Source: Pseudomonadales bacterium (GTDB lineage Bacteria; Patescibacteriota; Microgenomatia; UBA1400; PJMF01). From it: 64,000 bases of DNA. This document shows positions 48,639 through 58,259 of this stretch, in pieces. The stretch covers positions 218,981 through 282,980 of the forward strand of contig JACKFW010000001.1 in assembly GCA_020632265.1 (NCBI GenBank), given 5' to 3'. Under the pieces are notes generated by a model. That model had not been told where the DNA came from and ran no database searches. It was given only the letters and a program-made list of their open reading frames with translations. The translations under genes and the position numbers were made by a program. Position 1 is the first letter of the stretch; the number at the start of each line of letters is the position of its first letter.

Positions 48639-48893
48639 TTATTTCTTTCTTGAATTTTCTCTTTCAAATTCTAAGCGACTTATTTTTCTATCAACCATTG
48701 ATCTTTTTGTTTGATACAAGTTTCCAAGAGTGGAATCAGCAGCATACTGAGCTCGAACAAGTTTTTTTCTTTCTTCTAATGCTTTCTTATACTTTAAATT
48801 TATATCCGAAACTTTTTTTTGAGCAAAAGTTTGTGACTTAGTCATAGTTAAGTCACTTTTAGGTCTAGATAACAGATTTTTTAACAAATTCAT
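48639..48893 (-). CDS. Small basic helical protein (84 aa), first gene of the putative operon.
   Basis: K/R-rich with no recognised family. Its stop is 5 nt before the next start. Confidence 0.3.
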   Translation of the reverse strand: MNLLKNLLSRPKSDLTMTKSQTFAQKKVSDINLKYKKALEERKKLVRAQYAADSTLGNLYQTKRSMVDRKISRLEFERENSRKK

Positions 48894-49089
48894 AACTTGT
48901 CTAGTATATCAAAATCCAACACCTAAATATCATACAATTAACGTAAGACTTAAAATGTATGGTATTTTTGATATATAAAAATCTGATAGTGAATTTAAAT
49001 AAAATTTAGTTTACTATAAATTATAGAAAAAACCCAAAACACTTTTTGTAACAAACTACAAACAATTAGTACTAACTAAAAGGAAAGAT

Positions 49090-50145
49090 ATGACAAAAAA
49101 ATCCAAAACAAATAATCCATCTGAGGAAGTCAAAGAACAGAGCGCAAAGAATCAAGCTGTTTCAATTGCAATGCAACAAATTGAAAAAGAATTTGGAAAA
49201 GGGTCTATTATGAAAATGGGCGACTCTTTAAAGAATATGGCCACAGTGCCTGTGATTTCTACTGGATCGCTCTCTTTAAACCTAGCGCTGGGAATAGGTG
49301 GTTTTCCAATAGGAAGAATCGTTGAAGTTTATGGTCCAGAAGCTTCTGGAAAAACCACCCTTTGTCTTCACGCTATTGCCGACGTTCAACAAAAAGGAGG
49401 AGTAGCAGCATTTATTGATGTTGAACATGCTTTAGACCCAATTCGAGCTCAAAAAATCGGTGTTAATCTTGAAGAAATGCTAATTTCTCAACCAGATTAT
49501 GGCGAACAAGCTTTGGAAATTGCCGAAACTTTAATTAGATCTGGTGGTGTTGGAATAGTAGTTATCGATTCCGTAGCCGCTCTCGTACCAAAATCTGAAA
49601 TAGAAGGAGAAATGGGTGATCATCAAATGGGAACTCAAGCTAGATTGATGTCTCAAGCGATGAGAAAACTTACTGCAGCCATTAGTAAAACCAAAACCCT
49701 AGTGATTTTTACAAATCAAATCAGACATAAAATTGGCGTGATGTTTGGAAGTCCAGAAACAACTACTGGAGGAAACGCTCTAAAGTTCTACGCATCTCAA
49801 AGATTAGATATTAGAAAAATTGGAAATATTCAAGAAGGTGATCAAATCGTTGGCACTAGACATAGAGTAAAAGTCAAAAAAAATAAATTAGCTCCTCCAT
49901 TTCAAATTGCAGAATTTGATATGGATGATAGTGGTATTTCAATTACGGGCGATGTTGTAGATATTGCTTCTAGAGAAAACATTATACAAAAAGCCGGTAG
50001 CTTTTATAAATATAATGGTGAAGTATTAGCTCAAGGGAGGGAAGCAACTAAACAATATCTCAAAGAAAATCCTCAATTCATGAAAAAAATTAGAAAAGAA
50101 ATTTGGGACTCCATTAAAACTGGAGCCCACAAGATAGAAGAATAA
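49090..50145 (+). CDS. recA: Recombinase RecA.
   Basis: [17 protein letters not shown] Walker A. Full RecA core and L1/L2 regions. SD AAAGGAAAG. Length 351 aa. Confidence 0.95.
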   Translation: MTKKSKTNNPSEEVKEQSAKNQAVSIAMQQIEKEFGKGSIMKMGDSLKNMATVPVISTGSLSLNLALGIGGFPIGRIVEVYGPEASGKTTLCLHAIADVQQKGGVAAFIDVEHALDPIRAQKIGVNLEEMLISQPDYGEQALEIAETLIRSGGVGIVVIDSVAALVPKSEIEGEMGDHQMGTQARLMSQAMRKLTAAISKTKTLVIFTNQIRHKIGVMFGSPETTTGGNALKFYASQRLDIRKIGNIQEGDQIVGTRHRVKVKKNKLAPPFQIAEFDMDDSGISITGDVVDIASRENIIQKAGSFYKYNGEVLAQGREATKQYLKENPQFMKKIRKEIWDSIKTGAHKIEE

Positions 50146-50455
50146 ATCACAATAATCTACATTTTCAGACTGGAGTCCAGATTAAAAATATGAGTTAATT
50201 TTGAGCAAATCATTGACTATCCGACCCCTCAAAGGTACAATTGATGTTGTAAGTGTTTTAGAATAATTTAAAGCATAAGCTAGTTACTTAAACTAACGGA
50301 GAAATTCAAGTGTATAAATTAGAAAACAAAAGTATTATTCAGGCGAGACATTAAAAACTGTCCAAATTTTCTATTTTATTTTTATTCCTCTATTCATAAA
50401 TCAACAGCTTATATTTAAATTTTCATACTCACTTTAATTAAAATAAAGGAGAATA

Positions 50456-52036
50456 ATGTCATTTTTTGGAAATTTATCAACCTTGTTTGGAAATCAAACA
50501 AAGGGTCCAAGGCCTGTTTTAAACAACACACGGCCTGATCAAACTGGAAAAAAACATAAAAAAGTCAGTAAAAAACCTCAAAAGCTTGAGGAAAAATCAG
50601 TAGTAAGTAGAGTCCAAATGCAAGATTTTGAACAAATGAAGCGAGATGCTCAATCAAAAGCTCGCGAAATTGTTGTCGAAGCAAAAGCCGAAGCCCTTGC
50701 AATTAGAAGTAAAGCTGAAAATGAATCAAGAGAGATTGCTAAAAATGCGGAACAATCACAAAGAAATCTAGAAAAACAATTGGACAGAGTTGAATCCAAG
50801 TTAGAGTGGATTGCAAAAAGAGAAGAAAATCTAACTGAACAGAGAAACAACATTCAAGAACTAAAAACTGAAATTGAAAAAGAGAAAAATAAAGTAATTA
50901 AGAAACTAGAAGAAGTTTCGCAACTTACTATTGACGAAGCAAAAGATATTCTTTTTGAAAGATTGGAAACCAAACTCAGTAAGGATATGGCTCAATTTAT
51001 AAGACAAAAAGAGGAAATTGCCGAAACTGAGGCAGATGAAAAAGTTAAAGAAATTCTTGTCGATGCCATGAAGCATGGGGCTACCGATTACGTTTCCGAA
51101 TATACAGTTTCTGTAGTTGAAATCCCTTCAGAAGATACCAAGGGAAAGATTATTGGAAAATCAGGTAGAAACATCAATGCTTTTGAGAGACGTACGGGAG
51201 TAGATGTTGATCTAGACATGTCTCCAACCGAAGTAAGATTGTCATGCTTTGATCCTGTCAGAAGGGAAATTGCCAGAATTTCTTTAGAGAAATTAATAAA
51301 AGATGGAAGAATTCAACCAACTAGAATTGAAGAAATCGTAGATAAAGTAGAACAAGACATTGCAAAGGTTACTTTAGAAGCTGGTAAGCAACTTTGCCAT
51401 GATGTTGGAGTTTACAATTTGCCAATAGAGTTGATGAGAATGCTAGGAAAATTTAAATATCGTTTCTCATATGGTCAAAATTTAATTGCTCACACTTTAG
51501 AAGAAACAAAAATCGGCATTAAAATTGCTCATGAACTCAATTTAGATGTCAAAATTGTTAAACTTGGTTGCTTGCTACATGATATTGGAAAGGTTTCTGA
51601 AGAAGTTGAAGGAAGTCACGTCGAGCTTGGTGTTAAAATTGCAAAAAAATTCAATCTGCCACAATCAGTGATAGATTGTATTGCTCAACATCATGAAGAT
51701 GAACCATTCTCAGGACCAGAACAAATGGCGGTTTATATTGCCGATGCAATTTCAGGTGCAAGACCTGGCGCTAGATATGAAAATCATGAGGAATATGTTC
51801 AAAGATTGCAAAAACTGGAAGATATTGCTATGGAATATAAGCAAGTAAAACAAGCTTATGCAATTCAAGCTGGAAGAGAAATTCGAGTTTTACTTGAACC
51901 TGAAAAATCTAAAGATAGTGATGTAAAAGTCCTAAGCTTGAAAATTAGAGATGAAATAAAAGAATCTGTTACCTATCCTGGAACGGTTACTGTCACAGTT
52001 ATTAGAGAAACAAGAGGACAAGAAGTAGCAAAATAA
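50456..52036 (+). CDS. rny: Ribonuclease Y.
   Basis: N-terminal TM/coiled coil. KH domain IGKSGRNINAFERRTGVDV. HD domain GCLLHDIGK. SD AAGGAG. Length 526 aa. Confidence 0.9.
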   Translation: MSFFGNLSTLFGNQTKGPRPVLNNTRPDQTGKKHKKVSKKPQKLEEKSVVSRVQMQDFEQMKRDAQSKAREIVVEAKAEALAIRSKAENESREIAKNAEQSQRNLEKQLDRVESKLEWIAKREENLTEQRNNIQELKTEIEKEKNKVIKKLEEVSQLTIDEAKDILFERLETKLSKDMAQFIRQKEEIAETEADEKVKEILVDAMKHGATDYVSEYTVSVVEIPSEDTKGKIIGKSGRNINAFERRTGVDVDLDMSPTEVRLSCFDPVRREIARISLEKLIKDGRIQPTRIEEIVDKVEQDIAKVTLEAGKQLCHDVGVYNLPIELMRMLGKFKYRFSYGQNLIAHTLEETKIGIKIAHELNLDVKIVKLGCLLHDIGKVSEEVEGSHVELGVKIAKKFNLPQSVIDCIAQHHEDEPFSGPEQMAVYIADAISGARPGARYENHEEYVQRLQKLEDIAMEYKQVKQAYAIQAGREIRVLLEPEKSKDSDVKVLSLKIRDEIKESVTYPGTVTVTVIRETRGQEVAK

Positions 52037-52073
52037 TGATAGAATAAAAGACATCAGTGCCCTAAGGAATAAA

Positions 52074-52295
52074 ATGAATAATAATATTTGGCTCATCATA
52101 CAATCAATTCTTTCAATCGTGATTGTAGTTTCAATTTTACTACAATCTCAAGGTAGTGGCTTAGGCTCAGCTTGGGGTGGTGGTGGAGAAACATATCATA
52201 CTAAAAGAGGAGTCGAAAAAGTACTTTTTAATTTAACAATAATTTTTATTGTACTTTTTGCGATTACTTCTATTGCATCACTAATAACAAAATAA
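52074..52295 (+). CDS. secG: Preprotein translocase subunit SecG.
   Basis: LLQSQGSGLGSAWGGGGETYHTKRG is the Gly-rich SecG loop between two TM helices. Length 73 aa. Confidence 0.7.
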   Translation: MNNNIWLIIQSILSIVIVVSILLQSQGSGLGSAWGGGGETYHTKRGVEKVLFNLTIIFIVLFAITSIASLITK

Positions 52296-52301
52296 GCTTT
52301 T

Positions 52302-53708
52302 TTGATGAGAAAATTTTACTGGTATCTTACTGGTTTTGCTAAAAAACATGGATTAGTTTTCATGATTTCCATTATTGGGGCCATAGCTTTTTTTTCATTT
52401 TTTGTTCCTTCGCTTTCATCAATATTTGAATTCAAAAATAGATACTATGTTGGCTTAGTTGGAGATTATACAATCGACAATCTTCCCAAAGAAATTACTG
52501 AAAAATTAAGCGCCGGACTCACAAGCATTAATAAAGATGGATCAGTATCCCCACTTTTATCTCAAAGATGGAGTATTGAGCAAGAAGGAAAAACATATAG
52601 GTTTATTATTAGAGATGATGTTACTTGGAAAGATGGTAAAAAACTTGAACCACAAGATATTAAATATAATTTTGAAGGCGTTGAAACTATAATTACTCCA
52701 AGCGACATTGTTTTTAAACTGCCTGATTCTTATTCCCCATTTCCGGCAATTGTATCAGAACCAATTGTGAGAAAAGAAAATATTAAATACCATTTTTTCT
52801 TTAACAGACCAATTCTAATTGGAGTTGGAAAGTACAAAATGAGTGATTATAAAATAAACGGTCAAAGAATTACTGAAGTAACTATGGACAGCATAGATGA
52901 TAGATATATCTATAGATTTTATTTAACTGAAGAAGATGCAGTTGCAGCTTTCAAACATGGTGAGGTTGATATCCTGCCTAATTTGTCAAAGAATCATGAT
53001 ATTGTTAATTGGCCAACAATTAAAATTCAAAGTACGCTCAACACCAATAAATATTTGGCAGTGTTTTTTAATATTCGAAACCCAATTTTTTCAAAAAATA
53101 TTCGTCAAGCACTTTCATATGCAATAGAGAAACCAAATGACGAAACAAGGGCTCTAGGTCCAATAAGCAGTGACTCCTGGGCATATCTTCCCGCTGGAAA
53201 AGCCTATGATAAAGATTTAGATCGAGCAATTGAACGTTTAATTGATGAGATTCCACAAGTAAAACTAGATTTAGAGCTTACTACAACTTCTCTTTATGAA
53301 GATGAAGCAGAGATTATTAAGAAAGAATGGGAAGAACTAGGATTAAAAGGATTTGATGAATGTCAAAAGGCAACAACTGTATCTGACAAAAGCATTTGTG
53401 AAAACTTAAAAATTTCAGTTACAATCAGAATTTCCAATTTTCCTGATACTAACAATTATCAATTAATGCTAATAGGCCAAGAGTCATTGCCAGATCCAGA
53501 CCAGTATTATCTTTGGCATTCAGAACAAAGCACTAATTTTTCAGGCTATAAAAATACTAGAATCGACAATCTGCTAGAAAAAGGTAGACAAACATTCGAT
53601 CAAAAAGAAAGGAAAGAAATTTATCAAGAATTTCAACAATTCTTTTTAGAAGATGCCCCAGTAATTTTTATCAAACATCTTTATACTTATGAAATTAGCC
53701 GTCAGTAA
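52302..53708 (+). CDS. Membrane-anchored extracellular solute-binding protein, family-5-like (peptide/nickel ABC-type SBP). No cognate permease or ATPase genes are adjacent.
   Basis: N-terminal TM anchor. RFIIRDDVTWKDGKKLEPQDIKYNF resembles the SBP_bac_5 core. Length 468 aa. Confidence 0.45.
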   Translation: MMRKFYWYLTGFAKKHGLVFMISIIGAIAFFSFFVPSLSSIFEFKNRYYVGLVGDYTIDNLPKEITEKLSAGLTSINKDGSVSPLLSQRWSIEQEGKTYRFIIRDDVTWKDGKKLEPQDIKYNFEGVETIITPSDIVFKLPDSYSPFPAIVSEPIVRKENIKYHFFFNRPILIGVGKYKMSDYKINGQRITEVTMDSIDDRYIYRFYLTEEDAVAAFKHGEVDILPNLSKNHDIVNWPTIKIQSTLNTNKYLAVFFNIRNPIFSKNIRQALSYAIEKPNDETRALGPISSDSWAYLPAGKAYDKDLDRAIERLIDEIPQVKLDLELTTTSLYEDEAEIIKKEWEELGLKGFDECQKATTVSDKSICENLKISVTIRISNFPDTNNYQLMLIGQESLPDPDQYYLWHSEQSTNFSGYKNTRIDNLLEKGRQTFDQKERKEIYQEFQQFFLEDAPVIFIKHLYTYEISRQ

Positions 53709-53740
53709 AATCAATGTTGGCTAGATATGATTTAAAATAG

Positions 53741-54760
53741 TTACAACTTTCTAAATTTTCTTCTCAGCATTTCAAAATAATAAGTTAAATGATAAAGAGG
53801 TGATAAAGAAATATCATGAGAAGGCAAATATTTAACTTCTTCGCCTCCAAATCCACGCTTGAATAATGAAACTCCCGTAAAACGATGATTTAGCTCGTTT
53901 TCAGGCGCAATTCCCCAAAAATTATACTTTATACACCCCCTTCTTTTAGCCTCTTTAATTGCAGCCCACTGACAAGCGTAACTACCTGCATACTTTCCAT
54001 TTTCAGGAGTAGAAATACCGTAATGATATACGGCTTCTTTATTATAAAAAATTATAAATGCTGTTGCTAACAATCTATTATTCAACTTTGAATGTATCAT
54101 CAGCACCTGATCATCTTCCAAAAATGAGATAAATTGATTATATAAAAAATCATATGTAAACGGTACAAACCCATGTTTTTTAGCAAGCTTGATTTGAAGA
54201 TCATAAAATTCTTTAATATCATTCTTATCTTTGGAAAAATTGATACTGATGCCTTCTCTATCAGATTTATTGATTGAATAACGCGTATTTTTCCTCATTT
54301 GCTTTAAAATTTCATCTTCAGAATTTTCTAAATTTAGTTGTAGAGTTAAATCTGCAGTCAAATGCATTTGTGAGGTTTTTGCACCAATTTTAGCAACAGT
54401 ATTTCTAAGTTCAATTGAATCTATTGCTTGAGGTCTAAATCTAATAAAGATAGCTCCTTTTTCTTTGGCAATTAATTTGATTTTTTCAAATACAAGATTG
54501 ATAAGCTCTTGATTGGTCCAATCAATTAATGGACCACCTGCAATTGAGATGTAAGTACCCCTTTTGGCTTTTTCACAAACAAGTAAAGCCATTCCCAAAG
54601 TAACGTTATTTTTTTGAATCAAAAGCCTGACAACTATCTTTCCCATTCTTTCTTGAAACAAACTCCAGTTCCAAGATTGCAAAAAATTTGCGTTCTTAAA
54701 TAATAAAATATTGCTTTCCCAAACATTTTTATCAGTAATATATAAAAAAGTAATATTCAT
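53741..54760 (-). CDS. FemAB-family (FemX-like) peptidoglycan-precursor aminoacyl/peptidyl transferase (GNAT-fold pair).
   Basis: N-terminal ...NANFLQSWNWSLF is typical of the FemABX start. Length 339 aa and operon context. Confidence 0.6.
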   Translation of the reverse strand: MNITFLYITDKNVWESNILLFKNANFLQSWNWSLFQERMGKIVVRLLIQKNNVTLGMALLVCEKAKRGTYISIAGGPLIDWTNQELINLVFEKIKLIAKEKGAIFIRFRPQAIDSIELRNTVAKIGAKTSQMHLTADLTLQLNLENSEDEILKQMRKNTRYSINKSDREGISINFSKDKNDIKEFYDLQIKLAKKHGFVPFTYDFLYNQFISFLEDDQVLMIHSKLNNRLLATAFIIFYNKEAVYHYGISTPENGKYAGSYACQWAAIKEAKRRGCIKYNFWGIAPENELNHRFTGVSLFKRGFGGEEVKYLPSHDISLSPLYHLTYYFEMLRRKFRKL

Positions 54761-54762
54761 AT

Positions 54763-55983
54763 TTAAAAATCGTTCAATGTTTTTATAATTTGGTTTGCCT
54801 GTTTGATTGATAAATTGATATGGGTTGGTAGATTTATAATCTCGCTTGAAAGTTTCTCAGCATTAGGGGCCAGTCCTTTCGTATAAAATGAGTCGCATTG
54901 ATATCTCCCACAGTCTACAGGATTTCGATACCATCTATCAGATAAAAATATTTTATTTTTCTTCATTAATTGAATAAATTTTTCAACTTCCTGAATTCTA
55001 ATTGAGAACCTAAGATTACTACCAAATAAGACATCCTCTTTTGAATTTATTATGCTAATTTTTTTATTAACAATTTTCTCAAGATACAAATTTGCAATTT
55101 TTCTTCGATGAATTATTTGCGATTCTAAATTACCTAAGGAAACTAGTGCTAAAGTGGAATAAGCTGGAGACATAGTACAAATATTTTTTATTTGACTAAT
55201 TGTTGGTGAGGTTATTAACTTTAAGGTTTTGGCTAATTTAATTATTAATTTTCCAGCCCAAACGTCATATAAATTGCGACCTAAATATGTCACTATTGGA
55301 TAAATTAAATCAATAAATAAATATTTTTTTGTTTGCTGAGATATTATGATTTCCTGAATTACTTTTAATTGATTATTCGTGAGTTCTTTAAAAACAACAG
55401 CTCCACCGGAAATTGAATCGATGACTTTATCTCTTCCAAATGAAAAAATTACCACATCGGCATTGTATCCCAATGACTGACCCAAACTATCTCTACCTCC
55501 AATTGATTGTGCCAAATCTTCAATCAATAATAAATTGTTTTTTTTACACCAAGCACTGATTTTTCCGATTTCTGCTGGAATTCCTAAGCTATGCTGAACT
55601 AACACCACCTTCGAATCTGGATTAGACTTAAAACTTGCTTGTAAAGTTTGAACGGTTAAATTTGTTGAATTTTCTGCAATATCCACATAAACTGGTTCAC
55701 CCCCGCCTCTCTTAATTCCTTCTTCAACGGCATAACAAGTAAAGGCTTGAGTTAAAATTTTTATGCGATCTTGAGATTTTTTTTGAGCTGATAAAACTCG
55801 AATGGAGAATTCAATTGCATCACGACCTTTATAAAATAAAAATGATTTGCCATGATAATTATCTTCTAAATATTGATTCAATTTTTGATGATCCTCGCTT
55901 GCGGAAACAAAAATCTGACTCAATGCGGTCAGTGCAAATTTAAATGTATAATTCGAACCCAAACTATTAAAAATTGATTTCAT
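54763..55983 (-). CDS. DegT/DnrJ/EryC1/StrS-family PLP-dependent sugar aminotransferase-like protein.
   Basis: KILTQAFTCYAVEEGIKRGGGEPVYVDI, LLLIEDLAQSIGG, and a Lys in VVIFSFGRDKVIDSISGGAVVF (compare SFHxxKxxxxGEGG). Confidence 0.6.
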   Translation of the reverse strand: MKSIFNSLGSNYTFKFALTALSQIFVSASEDHQKLNQYLEDNYHGKSFLFYKGRDAIEFSIRVLSAQKKSQDRIKILTQAFTCYAVEEGIKRGGGEPVYVDIAENSTNLTVQTLQASFKSNPDSKVVLVQHSLGIPAEIGKISAWCKKNNLLLIEDLAQSIGGRDSLGQSLGYNADVVIFSFGRDKVIDSISGGAVVFKELTNNQLKVIQEIIISQQTKKYLFIDLIYPIVTYLGRNLYDVWAGKLIIKLAKTLKLITSPTISQIKNICTMSPAYSTLALVSLGNLESQIIHRRKIANLYLEKIVNKKISIINSKEDVLFGSNLRFSIRIQEVEKFIQLMKKNKIFLSDRWYRNPVDCGRYQCDSFYTKGLAPNAEKLSSEIINLPTHINLSIKQANQIIKTLNDF

Positions 55984-55984
55984 A

Positions 55985-57457
55985 TTATTTTAAATATTCT
56001 TGCACCCATCCAGGCATTCTTCCTTCAATTATAACAACAAAGTTCTTATCTAAACTTAATAGATACTTAATAATTTTATCTTGATCACTTAATAGATTGT
56101 CACCAAATACTTGCGAAAATTCATTAATACCAGATAACCCTACAAATAAAACTTTATCAAAAGTTTTTTTAGACAATACAGCAAGCTCTCGATGAATTAT
56201 TGATGATTCTATTCCTAAATCAACAATTCCCGATGTAATTAAAACTTTTTTAGGTAAATTTAGTTCATTAGCTAGATCAATCACAGCACTAAATCCCTTT
56301 GGGTTAGTTGTTCCGCCATCATCAATAATTAAAAATTCATTTTTTGAAACAAATGAAAAGATAAATTTATCATCAGGAACAAAACTAGATAATGCATCAA
56401 CAATTTCCGAATCGGTCATATTAAATTTTTTTGCTATTAGTATCGCTATTTTAATTATTTCTAAATAATGTATTCCAATAAATTTTGTATTAACTTGCTG
56501 TCCATTCCAAACAAAATGTAACCTTCCAGATTTATTTAATCCAGTTTTTAAAATTTGAAGACCGCTAACCTCATTATCAGTTTTAATTATTTTTAAATCA
56601 TCTCTCTTTGAAGCCTGAATAATCTTTAATACGCCCATATCACTTCCATTTACAAATACTAGAGATTCTGGCGCCAAGGCTCGTAGTAGTTCGGATTTAG
56701 CTTGAATAATTGATTCCAGACTGCCAAATAGTCCTAAATGTTGACTTGTCAATCCAGTAATGACTGCTAAATTGGGCTTAAACCAATTTGCAAGTAGTCT
56801 AATTTCACCTATTTTATAAGCTGCGTACTCTATAATTGCGATTTTTTGATTTGAAAAATTATCATTAATGCTTTTAGCAACTGAAAATTTAGTGTTGTAA
56901 GATTTCGGTGTTTTAAAAACAGAATATTTTTTTCCTAAAACATGAGCTAAAAGAATTTTTGTGGAAGTTTTTCCATAACTGCCAGTAATACCAATAATAA
57001 TTGGTTTAACTTTATCAATTTTTCTTTTGGCTTTGAATAATTCGAATAATACTCTAATATAAACTAAAAATGAGGTTGGAGTTATTGCTAATATGACTAA
57101 AAGTGGCACAGCTAATAGAATAATAAATAAACTAGAAAGCAAATAAAATAATAGCGTTAAACCGTTAATTTGAAATGCAACTGCAACCAATAAATATACA
57201 ATTATCAACATTTCGACAAATATTATTGAACTAATAATTAAAATTCTGGGTGTAATTTTAGGACGCTTTAACCCAAACTTAGAAAAATCTTTTTTTTGTG
57301 GCAGTAATCGCAAAAATTCCCTTTGGCCTTCTGGAGTTTTCAAAAATAAAATAATTCGATCTAAACGATATTCTTTTTGTTGCACAATCGACAACCATCG
57401 CAATAATCTAATTCCATAAGATGAAAAAAATGCAAATAAAACTAATAAAGATTTCAT
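55985..57457 (-). CDS. MurF-like Mur ligase. The usual N-terminal domain is replaced by approximately 130 aa with 3 predicted TM helices.
   Basis: P-loop IIGITGSYGKTSTK. The central and C-terminal domains align with E. coli MurF over KPNLAVITGLTSQHLGLFGSLESIIQAKSEL and IIDDGGTTNPKGFSAVIDL. N-terminal hydrophobic segments include ILIISSIIFVEMLIIVYLLVAVAF and LFYLLSSLFIILLAVPLLVILAI. Confidence 0.65.
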   Translation of the reverse strand: MKSLLVLFAFFSSYGIRLLRWLSIVQQKEYRLDRIILFLKTPEGQREFLRLLPQKKDFSKFGLKRPKITPRILIISSIIFVEMLIIVYLLVAVAFQINGLTLLFYLLSSLFIILLAVPLLVILAITPTSFLVYIRVLFELFKAKRKIDKVKPIIIGITGSYGKTSTKILLAHVLGKKYSVFKTPKSYNTKFSVAKSINDNFSNQKIAIIEYAAYKIGEIRLLANWFKPNLAVITGLTSQHLGLFGSLESIIQAKSELLRALAPESLVFVNGSDMGVLKIIQASKRDDLKIIKTDNEVSGLQILKTGLNKSGRLHFVWNGQQVNTKFIGIHYLEIIKIAILIAKKFNMTDSEIVDALSSFVPDDKFIFSFVSKNEFLIIDDGGTTNPKGFSAVIDLANELNLPKKVLITSGIVDLGIESSIIHRELAVLSKKTFDKVLFVGLSGINEFSQVFGDNLLSDQDKIIKYLLSLDKNFVVIIEGRMPGWVQEYLK

Positions 57458-58164
57458 ATAATATAATCCGCAACTAAATCAGCAGTCTCCTTTGGATGAG
57501 TAAACTGCGGAGAATGCCTGGCATTTTTGATAAGATCTAATTCACTGTTTAAAATTGAATTGTTTATTAAAATTGCATTTTTTACTGGAGTTGTCGTATC
57601 GTTTTCACCCCAAATAATTTTTGTAGGACATTTTATTAAAATCAAATCATTGATAATTTGATCCTCTAGGATTTTTGACATTGTTTGTCTTAATAATGGA
57701 GATGCATTTTTGTAATCAGCTTCTCTAGCAATTTTATAAAGAATATTTCTAAAAAAGTCACCTTTAAAAATTGATTTTCCAAATTTACTTAATAATTTGA
57801 AAATCGATCTCTTAACTACTGCCCTAAATGACATATCCCTTATTCCAGAACTATCAATCAAAATAAGCTTTTCTACCTTTTGTGAATTTTGAGATGCAAA
57901 CCTGATTGCAAGTTGTCCTCCAAAGGAGTGTCCTAATAAAATTACTTTATCATTGCCGGTTTCTTGATATAAATAATTTTTCAACCAATTAGAATAATCA
58001 TTGAGATTCCAAACTTCATTTAATGGAGCTGTTAATCCCGGAATTTTTAAAAACTTAACTTTAATATGTTTTAATTCAAGCTCTTGAATAAAAGGCGTCC
58101 ACATTTCGTGACTTTTTTTTCCATCTCTGACAGCCCAACCATGTAAAATATATATTTTTTTCAT
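57454..58164 (-). CDS. Alpha/beta-hydrolase-fold protein (esterase/lipase-like).
   Basis: Nucleophile elbow LLGHSFGGQLA. Length 236 aa. A 4-nt ATGA overlap with the downstream MurF-like gene. Confidence 0.6.
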   Translation of the reverse strand: MKKIYILHGWAVRDGKKSHEMWTPFIQELELKHIKVKFLKIPGLTAPLNEVWNLNDYSNWLKNYLYQETGNDKVILLGHSFGGQLAIRFASQNSQKVEKLILIDSSGIRDMSFRAVVKRSIFKLLSKFGKSIFKGDFFRNILYKIAREADYKNASPLLRQTMSKILEDQIINDLILIKCPTKIIWGENDTTTPVKNAILINNSILNSELDLIKNARHSPQFTHPKETADLVADYII

Positions 58165-58259
58165 ATCATGTTATAGTATCCCAGTAGAATGCTTGGGAAT
58201 CAAGCTAATGATCAAAATTCTAAGTTGCATGGATCGTAATGATAAGTTAGTATCTAAAT

